A model generated the notes under the pieces. That model worked only from the letters and a program-made list of their open reading frames with translations, was not told the origin of the DNA and searched no databases. DNA of 64,000 bases. It comes from Acidimicrobiia bacterium (GTDB taxonomy: Bacteria; Actinomycetota; Acidimicrobiia; Spongiisociales; Spongiisociaceae). The DNA lies in the NCBI GenBank assembly GCA_963663955.1, contig OY760694.1:2118327-2182326 (forward strand), read 5' to 3'. Positions 39,006 to 47,444 of this stretch are shown here, piece after piece. The position numbers and the translations under genes were made by a program. Position 1 is the first letter of the stretch; the number at the start of each line of letters is the position of its first letter.

Positions 39006-41049
39006 AAGACTGAAGTTCGCGCCGTCGATCCTCGCCAGGCTCGGCGAAGAACTAGTTCCCCACCCCGACCAAGGCATACTCGAACTGGCCAAGAACGCCT
39101 ACGACGCCGACGCCCGCTGGTGTCGGGTGACTCTCAATGACGTTACTCGATGGGGTGGGACTGTGGCGGTAACCGACGACGGGGACGGTATGACGCTGCA
39201 ACAAATCCGGGAAGGCTGGCTGATCCTGGGGCGCTCCGAGAAAGACCCCTCACGGAGAACAAGGCTAGGTCGGTTGCCGGTGGGCCAGAAAGGCCTCGGC
39301 CGGCTCGCCGCCCTGAGGCTGGGCCGTCGGGTTGTCCTGGCGACGCGACCGGTGTCCGAACCCGGGGTTGAATACTGGATGGAGATCGATTGGGAGCGGT
39401 TCGACAAGGCCGATGCGGTAGAGGATGTTGCACTGATAATCCACCACCGACTCACATCAAAGCCTTCCGGGACATCGATCACGATCAGCCATCTCTCAAC
39501 AGCGCTGGGGCGGATGGACACCAAGCGACTCGCTCGCTCGCTGATTCTCCTAGCCGATCCGTTCAAGTCTACGCGTGGTTTTAGGGCGGAGTTGATCACG
39601 GACGACTTCCGAGATCTCGAGAATCTGGTGAGAAGCGGATACTTCGCCGAAGCTCACTACCGACTAAGCGCAACGTTGGATTCTGATGGCTCAGCGACGG
39701 CAGAGGTGACGGATCACCAGGGGAATCTCAAGTGGAAAGCCGGCCACAACGATCTAAGGGAATCGGGCCCCTATCGCGCCCCACCCGCGACTCTTGAACT
39801 CTGGGAGTTCAGGCTCACGGGAGAATCCTTCTCTCATAGCAAAGCGACTCTGGGGGAAGTCAAGAACTGGCTCAGAGAGGTAGGAGGGGTTCATTTCTAC
39901 TACCGCGGGCTACGGGTGAGACCCTACGGGGACCGTGGTCACGACTGGCTTGAGATGAACTTGCGTCGTGTCCGGAGTCCCGAACAGCGCCCCTCGACCA
40001 ACAACTCCATCGGGCTGGTTATCGTTGACGACGACCCCGACAATCTACTCGGTGAGAAGACAGATCGGTCCGGTTTCATCGAGAACCGCGCCTTCTCCGA
40101 GATCCGAGACTTCGCCGGCGACGCTTTGGACTGGATGGCCCACCGCCGCGTTGGAGAACGCGATCGGAAGCGTCGTAAGCAGCGCCACACCGGGCAGGAG
40201 CGAGTAGCCGGGGCGCGGAAGGATATGGAAAAAGCTGTAGCTCAGATCCCGGAAGATCAGCGTAAGGATGTGCAGGCAGCCATGCAGCAGTTGGAGAAGG
40301 CACGCGAAAACGAGCGTGAGTCTATCTTGAGCGACCTTCAGCTGTATCGAACATTGAGCACCGTAGGCACAACCGCGTCGGTCTTCGCCCACGAGGCCGC
40401 AGGACCACTCAACCGGATCGAACGCCTAGCGAATACGATCGAACACCGGTGCCGAAACACCCTTGCCGCTGACTACCAACCTACGATCGGCGGGCCGGTC
40501 CGTCTGCTGCATAGGGCAGCCCGGGCGCTACGGAGCTTCGTCAGGCTTCCGCTGACTCTCTTGCAACGGGAGAAGCGCCGGATCCGCACGATCAACCTTC
40601 ATCAGGCAATCGACGAAGTGCTGGAACTCTTCGACCCCTTCCTCGCCGATTCGGATGTAACCGTCAAGACCGAATACGTTGACGCTTCCTTTAGGGTCCA
40701 GGGCCGGACCGCATCGCTGGAGGCGATCCTCGCAAACCTCATCACCAACTCAATTAGCGCTTTCCAGCGCTCCGACACTCTGGAAAGCCGTGAGATCCTG
40801 ATCCGGACCGTCCAATCCGGAGACCGTATGCTCCTATCCGTTCGGGATAACGGACCAGGAATCCGCGGCATCGCCAGGAACGACATCTGGAACCCCGGGC
40901 AAACGACAACACCCGGCGGCACCGGAATCGGCCTGACGATCGTCCGCGATGAAGCAGCGGATATCGGTGGACGCGCCTACCTCGCGCCGGACACCGAAGA
41001 AGGTGGAGCTGAGTTCATAGTCGAACTCCCGTTGCTGGGATTGAACTGA
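38986..41049 (+). CDS. hybrid protein: N-terminal GHKL (Bergerat-fold) ATPase domain + coiled coil + C-terminal histidine kinase core (HisKA H-box + HATPase_c)
   Basis: N-terminus: LELAKNAYDADA (N-box), VTDDGDGMT (G1), GQKGLGRLAA (G2). C-terminus: SVFAHEAAGPLNRIE (H-box), ILANLITNSISAF (N-box), VRDNGPGI (G1), GGTGIGLTIVRD (G2). Stop overlaps the next start (TGATG). Confidence 0.7.
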   Translation: MITLMAERLKFAPSILARLGEELVPHPDQGILELAKNAYDADARWCRVTLNDVTRWGGTVAVTDDGDGMTLQQIREGWLILGRSEKDPSRRTRLGRLPVGQKGLGRLAALRLGRRVVLATRPVSEPGVEYWMEIDWERFDKADAVEDVALIIHHRLTSKPSGTSITISHLSTALGRMDTKRLARSLILLADPFKSTRGFRAELITDDFRDLENLVRSGYFAEAHYRLSATLDSDGSATAEVTDHQGNLKWKAGHNDLRESGPYRAPPATLELWEFRLTGESFSHSKATLGEVKNWLREVGGVHFYYRGLRVRPYGDRGHDWLEMNLRRVRSPEQRPSTNNSIGLVIVDDDPDNLLGEKTDRSGFIENRAFSEIRDFAGDALDWMAHRRVGERDRKRRKQRHTGQERVAGARKDMEKAVAQIPEDQRKDVQAAMQQLEKARENERESILSDLQLYRTLSTVGTTASVFAHEAAGPLNRIERLANTIEHRCRNTLAADYQPTIGGPVRLLHRAARALRSFVRLPLTLLQREKRRIRTINLHQAIDEVLELFDPFLADSDVTVKTEYVDASFRVQGRTASLEAILANLITNSISAFQRSDTLESREILIRTVQSGDRMLLSVRDNGPGIRGIARNDIWNPGQTTTPGGTGIGLTIVRDEAADIGGRAYLAPDTEEGGAEFIVELPLLGLN

Positions 41050-41741
41050 TGCAGGTTGCCATCGTCGACGACGTGGCCGACGAGTTGGAGGTACTTGAGT
41101 ATGAACTCGAAGACGCAGGCCACAAAGCTATACGCCGGGAGAGCCCGATCGCATCCCTCGACAACCTGGACTCGTGGCTGAGGGCCCAGCAGGTCGAGGG
41201 GTTTGTCTGTGACCAACGCCTATCGGTCGCCAACTACGCGCCCTTCCAAGGAGCCGAAGCCGTCCGACGTGTGTTCCGCCATCTCCGACTGCCATCGCTC
41301 CTTGTCAGTTCGTTCATTGCCACCGAGGTGTTGGCCATCAGGTATTTCCGCGCTTCCGTTCCCGTTCTGATAGAGAAACAGGCCTTGGGCCGAGACACGA
41401 TCAATCGGGGGTTCGCGCTCAGCAAGTCCGAACTGGGGGGCAACGTACCTACCCAGCGAATTCCGAGACGAACCGGAGTTCACATCACGAAGGTGGACGT
41501 GCGCGGTCGTGGGATCGTCGAAACGATAGTGCCCGGCTGGAATGAAAACCTGGAGGTCAGCTTCCCGCTGGACCTGATTGAAGACCATACCCTGAGAACA
41601 GATGTGCGTAGCCGCCGTATGGACTGGCTCATAGCACGAGTCAATCTCGACGCAGAGCACCAAGCTGACTTGTTCTTCATGGACTTCGAGCGGGCCCCCG
41701 ATCCGGGAGATGTTTGGGAGCGACTATGGCGCCCGAGTTGA
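41049..41741 (+). CDS. response-regulator receiver (REC) domain protein with ~110-aa C-terminal domain of unknown function
   Basis: N-terminal VAIVDDVADELE (acidic pocket), candidate phospho-acceptor in …GFVCDQRL…, conserved S in LLVSS, K in LIEKQ. No recognisable HTH or known output domain. Confidence 0.55.
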   Translation: MQVAIVDDVADELEVLEYELEDAGHKAIRRESPIASLDNLDSWLRAQQVEGFVCDQRLSVANYAPFQGAEAVRRVFRHLRLPSLLVSSFIATEVLAIRYFRASVPVLIEKQALGRDTINRGFALSKSELGGNVPTQRIPRRTGVHITKVDVRGRGIVETIVPGWNENLEVSFPLDLIEDHTLRTDVRSRRMDWLIARVNLDAEHQADLFFMDFERAPDPGDVWERLWRPS

Positions 41742-42493
41742 TCCTGCTGGATGTAGGCCACGGTAACTGTGCTCTGCTGACTGGACAGGATACAGCCGTG
41801 GTGATCGACGTTCCCCGTGGAGGTGTTCACGCCGATGCGCTCAAAGCAAGGTCGATAAGGGATGTACACGCCGTCATAATCTCCCATGCCGACGCCGATC
41901 ACATGGGCGGAGCCACCAGCCTTCTATACGACAAGGACATACGGGTACACAAGGTCTACGTCAACCCGGACGCCACGAAGACCGCAGGTGGTGGCGGATT
42001 GGTGTGGAAGAACTTCCTTATAGCCCTGCGAGACGCAGAGAGACGCGGCGAGTTGAAGGTATCCGGCATACACCGCGGTCAGCACATCGAAGTACCCGAT
42101 CACCGGATTCGTTTGGAGGTGCTGGCCCCGACCACCGAGCTTTGGCTCCTCGGTGTAGGAGGAAGCGCAGGGAAGCGAACGCTTACTTCTAATTCTGTCA
42201 GCGTGGTAGTCCGTGTCCGGTTCGACGACAAGCCGATGGCCCTGTTGCCCGGTGACCTTGACACCCTGGGACTCGAACAGTTGCTCGCAGAAGAACACGA
42301 ACTACATGCTCAAGTGATGGTGTTCCCGCATCATGGTGGGAACACCGGAGGAGACAACAGGGAGTTCGCCGCCCTGATTACCAATGCTGTCAAACCGGAA
42401 ACTGTCGTGTTCTCGTTCGGACGACACCAAACCAGCAACCCCGACCGGAGATTATCGAAGGCATCGGGTCAGCCCGACCAGACATGCGAATAA
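41714..42493 (+). CDS. metallo-beta-lactamase-fold hydrolase (ComEC/Rec2-type MBL domain; possible nuclease)
   Basis: 259 aa; ILLDVGHGNCALL…, HxHxDH motif IISHADADHMGG, downstream His in …VFPHHGG…. 5' end overlaps the REC gene by 28 nt. Confidence 0.65.
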   Translation: MGATMAPELILLDVGHGNCALLTGQDTAVVIDVPRGGVHADALKARSIRDVHAVIISHADADHMGGATSLLYDKDIRVHKVYVNPDATKTAGGGGLVWKNFLIALRDAERRGELKVSGIHRGQHIEVPDHRIRLEVLAPTTELWLLGVGGSAGKRTLTSNSVSVVVRVRFDDKPMALLPGDLDTLGLEQLLAEEHELHAQVMVFPHHGGNTGGDNREFAALITNAVKPETVVFSFGRHQTSNPDRRLSKASGQPDQTCE

Positions 42494-42981
42494 TGTGTAC
42501 GCAGCTCTCGAAACGATGCTCCGAATCGACCTTCGATCCGCAACACGTAGCACCTCTCCCAGCCAAAGGAAAAGACCTGGGGAACTGCTGTGCCGGCAGC
42601 CTACAGTTCGACCCGGACGGCTTGGTGGCTCCCAGTGCAGAAGAGCATGCAGAGTTCGTCGACAACTTCACGACATCGCCACTCTGCCGGCTCGAGATGC
42701 CCTGAGCCAGGCAACCTGGATATCAAGGAGAAAGAGGCTTCGCAGAAACGTTGAGAGGGGCGGTTCTGGAGATCCCTGGTTAGGGCCGGAGACCCGGAAG
42801 ACGGCTTCGATGCTCGGGCCATGGGTAAAGCATCTTCGCCGGGTGAAAACCGGACCGATCTCGAGGCAAGCGTCAGGAATGCCGGTCTATGTCACTTCGA
42901 CCAAGGCGGAGGGAACAGGCCCGTCAGGTTTCACAGCGTTAAGGAGATTACACTCGATCGCACACCACTGTCCGGCGGCAT

Positions 42982-44859
42982 TCACTCCCACTTGTCAGAG
43001 TTAGGCCCCGGCCAGATGCGTGATACGACCTTGGCTAGCTGCTCTCCGCGCGTTCGTATCGCTTGCTCGTTCCAATCGGTTTCCTGACACAGCCGCGCGT
43101 TTAGACGCAAGTGTGAGTGCTTCATAAGTTCGCGCCGTTTGTCGTTCCAGGGTGCGTTGCTCAGTGCCGGATTCAATCGGCTGCTAACCAGTGTGAGGTT
43201 CCCGATGCGGTGCAAGTGGTCGGACCGCTCCTTCTCCAGAACGATCTTTTTACCCTGATCCGAAGTCTCGACCGGCCAATGTGCTTGCCAGCTCTTTGGG
43301 AGCACATGCTCGATTTGCAGCGAGTCATAGTCAATGGACTTAAGCGGTTCTCCCTTGTGGTAGTCGTCGTGCTGGAATCGGTCGTCGACCGCGCCCAAGA
43401 GTAGTCGGAGTCGATACTGGGCGATTCCTCCGTATCCGTAGTAGGCGGAGCTTCGGAACTGCTCGACCAATTGCGCGTCCGTTGGCCATGGGTATCCATG
43501 TGGCCCTTGGCGAAGTGCCTCCACGATAGCTAACCCCGGATGGGCTCCCGCTCCTTTAGCGGCTCGGAGCACGTCGGCGAAGGCTTGGCCGTAGGCGCGT
43601 GTCTGAGCCTTAATCGCCATACGCCGAATGACGAAGGACTCTATGGCTTGGAACGCCAACTCCCTCTCCCCTGGTAGCAGCACCTCTTCGGATCGAGTCA
43701 GAAGCCACAGGAGCACGGGAGTGGCCACCGTTACGTTGAGACGATCAATTCGTTGAAACGACAGACGCTCGTTGACTGTTGCGCCTTCCATTCGCCCGTG
43801 GAGCCGCTCGTACGCATCCGCGTAGCGGTCCAGTTCGCGCAGAGCGTCGACAGCGGTTGTGCCACTGGAATGCAACCAACTTCGGAACTCACCGTACAGG
43901 CGACCGACGTTGATGACGCGACCACGCTGAGCGATCAGCCAGTCTCCCATCAGCCAGTCCTGTCTTGCCCTGCGAGCGTGACCAGCCCCGACAGGCTTTC
44001 GCCACCAATCATCGGCATTGTCAAACCGAGCCCAGACCTCATCGTATAGTTTCTGGGGATCGTGGCCTTTGGTTTGAGCGCGCATGAAAAGTAGGTTCTT
44101 TACCAGGTCCGTCGCTGATAGCGGCGTGTTGCGGGCGTTCAGCGCCTCGAAGATAACTTGCGCGTCGTCGACATCCTCCAGATCGATTACTACAAGCTTG
44201 ACGAGCACCAGCAACGTGGCCACGAGAAGCGACGCGCGACGCTGTACCGCGTCCCCGTCCGCATATGGATCCTCGTGGACTCTCTCGTCCTCCAGAAAGC
44301 CGCTCACTTGACTGAAGAAAAAGTGGCGCGCTTCAGCGAAGACCGAATCATCTGGAGGTGGCGGTTCTGCCCCCACTGCACTCCGATAACGTTCGGACTC
44401 CGCTTGCCGAGGCCAGACTTTGTGCACATCGTCGCCCGACCAGATCTCTTGGTCATTGATAGTCAGCTTGCGTAGTTGTGCCAGTTGAAGCTTGGTGATG
44501 GCTGCGGTCCGCAGAGCATCAAGCGTCCCCATCAGAAGAAGTTGCAGCGTAACGAGGCGTTGCTGACCGTCCACTACCAGCCTAGTCTTGATATCCAATG
44601 GGCCTGTGGGGTACGGCTCCACGACGATGGCACCCAAAAAGTGCGGTGCTGCCCTTGCATCTGCAGTAGACGCAGGCTTTCCGGCACTATGCGACTCCTG
44701 TCGCGTCTCTGCCAAGCGCAGGGCGGTTGACTCCACGTCTTCCCAGAGGGGTTCCCACTGCAGCTCGCGCTTCCAGACATAGGGGCGCTGGTACGTGGGT
44801 ATGACGAAACGCCGGTCGCCCTGAAGCACCTCTTGCAGCGTGTTCGTGTCAGCTTTCAT
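42982..44859 (-). CDS. GmrSD-family type IV (modification-dependent) restriction endonuclease-like protein (DUF262 + DUF1524)
   Basis: 625 aa; N-terminal ParB-like DUF262 motifs FVIPTYQRPYVW and DGQQRL; C-terminal HNH-like DUF1524 region …LQIEHVLPKS…HRIGNLTLV…. Confidence 0.75.
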   Translation of the reverse strand: MKADTNTLQEVLQGDRRFVIPTYQRPYVWKRELQWEPLWEDVESTALRLAETRQESHSAGKPASTADARAAPHFLGAIVVEPYPTGPLDIKTRLVVDGQQRLVTLQLLLMGTLDALRTAAITKLQLAQLRKLTINDQEIWSGDDVHKVWPRQAESERYRSAVGAEPPPPDDSVFAEARHFFFSQVSGFLEDERVHEDPYADGDAVQRRASLLVATLLVLVKLVVIDLEDVDDAQVIFEALNARNTPLSATDLVKNLLFMRAQTKGHDPQKLYDEVWARFDNADDWWRKPVGAGHARRARQDWLMGDWLIAQRGRVINVGRLYGEFRSWLHSSGTTAVDALRELDRYADAYERLHGRMEGATVNERLSFQRIDRLNVTVATPVLLWLLTRSEEVLLPGERELAFQAIESFVIRRMAIKAQTRAYGQAFADVLRAAKGAGAHPGLAIVEALRQGPHGYPWPTDAQLVEQFRSSAYYGYGGIAQYRLRLLLGAVDDRFQHDDYHKGEPLKSIDYDSLQIEHVLPKSWQAHWPVETSDQGKKIVLEKERSDHLHRIGNLTLVSSRLNPALSNAPWNDKRRELMKHSHLRLNARLCQETDWNEQAIRTRGEQLAKVVSRIWPGPNSDKWE

Positions 44860-45112
44860 TCATAGAGCCGGTGGCAACGAGACAGCATGTGGTCGGGGTC
44901 ACGGGAGGATCCGTTTCTTGGGAGCGGACAAGGCCGAGTTTAACAAAACGAACAGCAGACGTGTGGATACCCGCTAGGTGATGATTCGGGTTCTAGGAGC
45001 GCCAATGCCACGGCGGAACAAGCCCACAGCATCGTGACATACGGACTGCTATGCCAAGGTAGAAGCTCTTGGCAACCGGTAGACTGAATATGTATGAAAG
45101 ACGAGGCGAACA

Positions 45113-45532
45113 ATGACGGACTGGGGAACCTGTCCCGCTGTTGAGAGTGTGCCCGGAAGGCTTGGAGGAACCTGGGTGTTCACCGGAACGAGAGTGCCCG
45201 TATCAAGCCTGTTCGGAAACCTTGCGGAAGGCGCCACCGTCAGTAACTTTTTGGAGTGGTTCCCTGGCGTGGAGGAATGGCAGGTTCGATCCGTGCTGGA
45301 GCATGAGGTGACGTCTCTTGATGCGAAGGTGAGGTATGAGGTACCTGTTTTGACCACGGAAACCGCCCGGAAATCATCACACTTGTCGACCTGCACAACT
45401 TGTCCAACCCCACCAAGAAACCAATCCGCGCACCCTCTAAGACTTAGGAGTTACGGTTGGTCCGAATCATCGTCCTCGAGTGCGCTGCTTATAGAAGGCC
45501 CAACTGCCAAACGGCACCGCCCTCAAGTGTAG
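45113..45532 (+). CDS. DUF433 domain protein (TA-antitoxin-like small domain) with an uncertain low-complexity C-terminal extension
   Basis: N-terminal ~75 aa …PGRLGGTWVFTGTRVPVSSLFGNLAEGATVSNFLEWFPGVEEWQVRSVLEH matches the DUF433 pattern (…G.P.I.GTR.PV..I…G.S.EEI…P.L…). Confidence 0.45.
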   Translation: MTDWGTCPAVESVPGRLGGTWVFTGTRVPVSSLFGNLAEGATVSNFLEWFPGVEEWQVRSVLEHEVTSLDAKVRYEVPVLTTETARKSSHLSTCTTCPTPPRNQSAHPLRLRSYGWSESSSSSALLIEGPTAKRHRPQV

Positions 45533-45540
45533 GTTCCGGA

Positions 45541-46077
45541 TCAACATGGGCTGTTGTTCTTTCGGAGACCGGACGTAGACCCAGATTTAGGATACTTCTG
45601 GTCGCGGCGTCGAATCGCCCCTTCTACCCACTGGGCTAGTACATACCCTTTCGATGGATACGGATGATACGAAGCATAGCCGACTTCCGAGTTGTTGACG
45701 TATCGTCTGTTCCGACCCAACCTCCCTGGTAGTTTTATGTTATTCCTTCCGTTCACAGATGGGAGTTGGACAGCAAGTAATCCCCCGCGCGGGTCCGTAG
45801 GATTGTTTCGTAGTGTCGCCGCGATTTCCCAATCCACATATTTTCGAGCCCATGTACATTTTCCGATCAAGGCAATTGTCACCGACGTTCCGGAAATGTA
45901 CTTTTCTCGAATCCTTCTCAGAATATATTCCGCATTGTTACTGTTTATAAAGTCATCATCACCGGAAATACCAATTACACGTATCTGATTGAAAGATTTA
46001 CGGAAACAGGATACAAACCCGTCTACTTCTCTTTGGTCGGCGTGGTGGTAGGTTAGAAAAACGTTTCGCTTGACCAT
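45541..46077 (-). CDS. ThsB-like TIR-domain protein (TIR-like DUF1863 type); markedly low-GC gene
   Basis: …RNVFLTYHHADQREVDGFV…VTIALIGKCTWARKYVDWEIAATL… matches the ThsB/TIR-like pattern (F.SYhh.D…V..VLIG..T..R.WV.YEI). GC by eye ~48% against ~65% surroundings. Confidence 0.65.
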   Translation of the reverse strand: MVKRNVFLTYHHADQREVDGFVSCFRKSFNQIRVIGISGDDDFINSNNAEYILRRIREKYISGTSVTIALIGKCTWARKYVDWEIAATLRNNPTDPRGGLLAVQLPSVNGRNNIKLPGRLGRNRRYVNNSEVGYASYHPYPSKGYVLAQWVEGAIRRRDQKYPKSGSTSGLRKNNSPC

Positions 46078-46208
46078 TGTGGCCCCTTTCGGCCGTTGCA
46101 CTGCATATCGATATGCCTACTGATCAAGTTCAAGACAGTACCACCTTGTGCGAGACAATCCCATAGTTACAACCGAGCGTAACTTCCAGAAGGAGGTAAG
46201 GTGAATTC

Positions 46209-47444
46209 GTGCTTCCTCCAATCCTTGAGATCTACGTAGTCTGGCATCCGGACGACCGCGAGGGTCAGCGGATTAGCCGATGGCTGCTAGAACACTTCCA
46301 TGGGACGCCTTACCAGGGCCTGATCGGCGGGGCGGTGGAGGTGTACTCCCGTTCAGCCCCTTGGGGGCCGGGCTCGGACGCCCCAAGACCTCTGCCATTT
46401 CAAAGACCCCTACCCTATCAACTGGCCCAGGCGCGTGTGACGGCCATCGTGCCGGTTCTGGGTGCGGGCCTTGCACGAGCGGTCGAGGAGGAATCGTCGG
46501 GCTGGCGCGGATACCTAGCGAGCATGAGCACAGTCGTCAACGCGTCGGATGAACGGATCGGAGTATTCCCCGTGCGCCTGTGTGGAACGGTGGATGGGGA
46601 TCTAGATCAGTTGATGGGAAGACTTCAAGCCTTGGATCCTAAGAGTACAGAAGACCGCGCGGTCCTGTGTCGAGAATTGTCACAGGCAGTTGCCCAGCTG
46701 ATAGGCGACCCATTCGGCAATCGACTAACGGTATTCATCAGCCACACCAAGCGGCACTCCCTCGCAGAAGAACCGGACGACGTCGATAACCTAATAGCCC
46801 GGATCCGGGATACAATCGCGAACACCCGCCTTCGAGCCTACTTCGACACTGCTGATCTGCAACTCGGGTCAGACTGGGACCAAGAACTTCGCTCGAACGC
46901 CGCGTCAAGTGCGCTCCTCGCCGTTCGTACCGATCTGTACGCCAGCAGGGAGTGGTGCCAGCGAGAGTTCCTAATCGCGAAGCGATCTGGAATGCCGATC
47001 GTCACCCTCAGCGCGATTCGTCGCGCCGAGGAACGCGGCTCCTTCATTATGGATCATGTCCCGAGCGTTGGCTACCGGCAACCTGAAGCGGAGGCGGCCA
47101 CCTCTGTCATCAAGGTAGCGTTGAATATGCTCGTCGATGGTGCACTCAGTCGGGCTCTATGGTTAGTTCAGGAGGATATGATGCAAGGTATGGGGATTGA
47201 CTGGGCACCACCGCAGGCACCTGAGCCGGTAACCCTTCTACCTTGGCTCCTTGACAATCGTTACCGGTTCGCAAAAGATGGCCCTATAGTGATTATGCAT
47301 CCCGATCCACCTCTTGGACCGGAGGAATCGAGCGTGATTGCCGAGCTTCTCGCGTTGGCAGGGGTCGCCGATGTAATTGACATCGTTACTCCGCGTACCT
47401 TGGCGAGCCGCGTCACTCAGGACATCTTGTGGCCACCGAACTGA
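46209..47444 (+). CDS. protein with two TIR-like domains in tandem (degenerate N-terminal + clearer C-terminal TIR)
   Basis: C-terminal half …TVFISHTKRHS…YFDTADLQLGSDWDQEL…ALLAVRTDLYASREWCQREFLIA… TIR-like; N-terminal half begins LEIYVVWHPDD…. 3' end overlaps the next gene by 16 nt. Confidence 0.55.
   Translation: MLPPILEIYVVWHPDDREGQRISRWLLEHFHGTPYQGLIGGAVEVYSRSAPWGPGSDAPRPLPFQRPLPYQLAQARVTAIVPVLGAGLARAVEEESSGWRGYLASMSTVVNASDERIGVFPVRLCGTVDGDLDQLMGRLQALDPKSTEDRAVLCRELSQAVAQLIGDPFGNRLTVFISHTKRHSLAEEPDDVDNLIARIRDTIANTRLRAYFDTADLQLGSDWDQELRSNAASSALLAVRTDLYASREWCQREFLIAKRSGMPIVTLSAIRRAEERGSFIMDHVPSVGYRQPEAEAATSVIKVALNMLVDGALSRALWLVQEDMMQGMGIDWAPPQAPEPVTLLPWLLDNRYRFAKDGPIVIMHPDPPLGPEESSVIAELLALAGVADVIDIVTPRTLASRVTQDILWPPN

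Noticed and set aside
42384-43004. 206-aa Arg-rich plus ORF spanning the MBL-GmrSD intergenic region
   Set aside because: Extreme Arg/Ser/Pro bias, no start context, and overlaps the 3' end of the convergent GmrSD gene; likely spurious.
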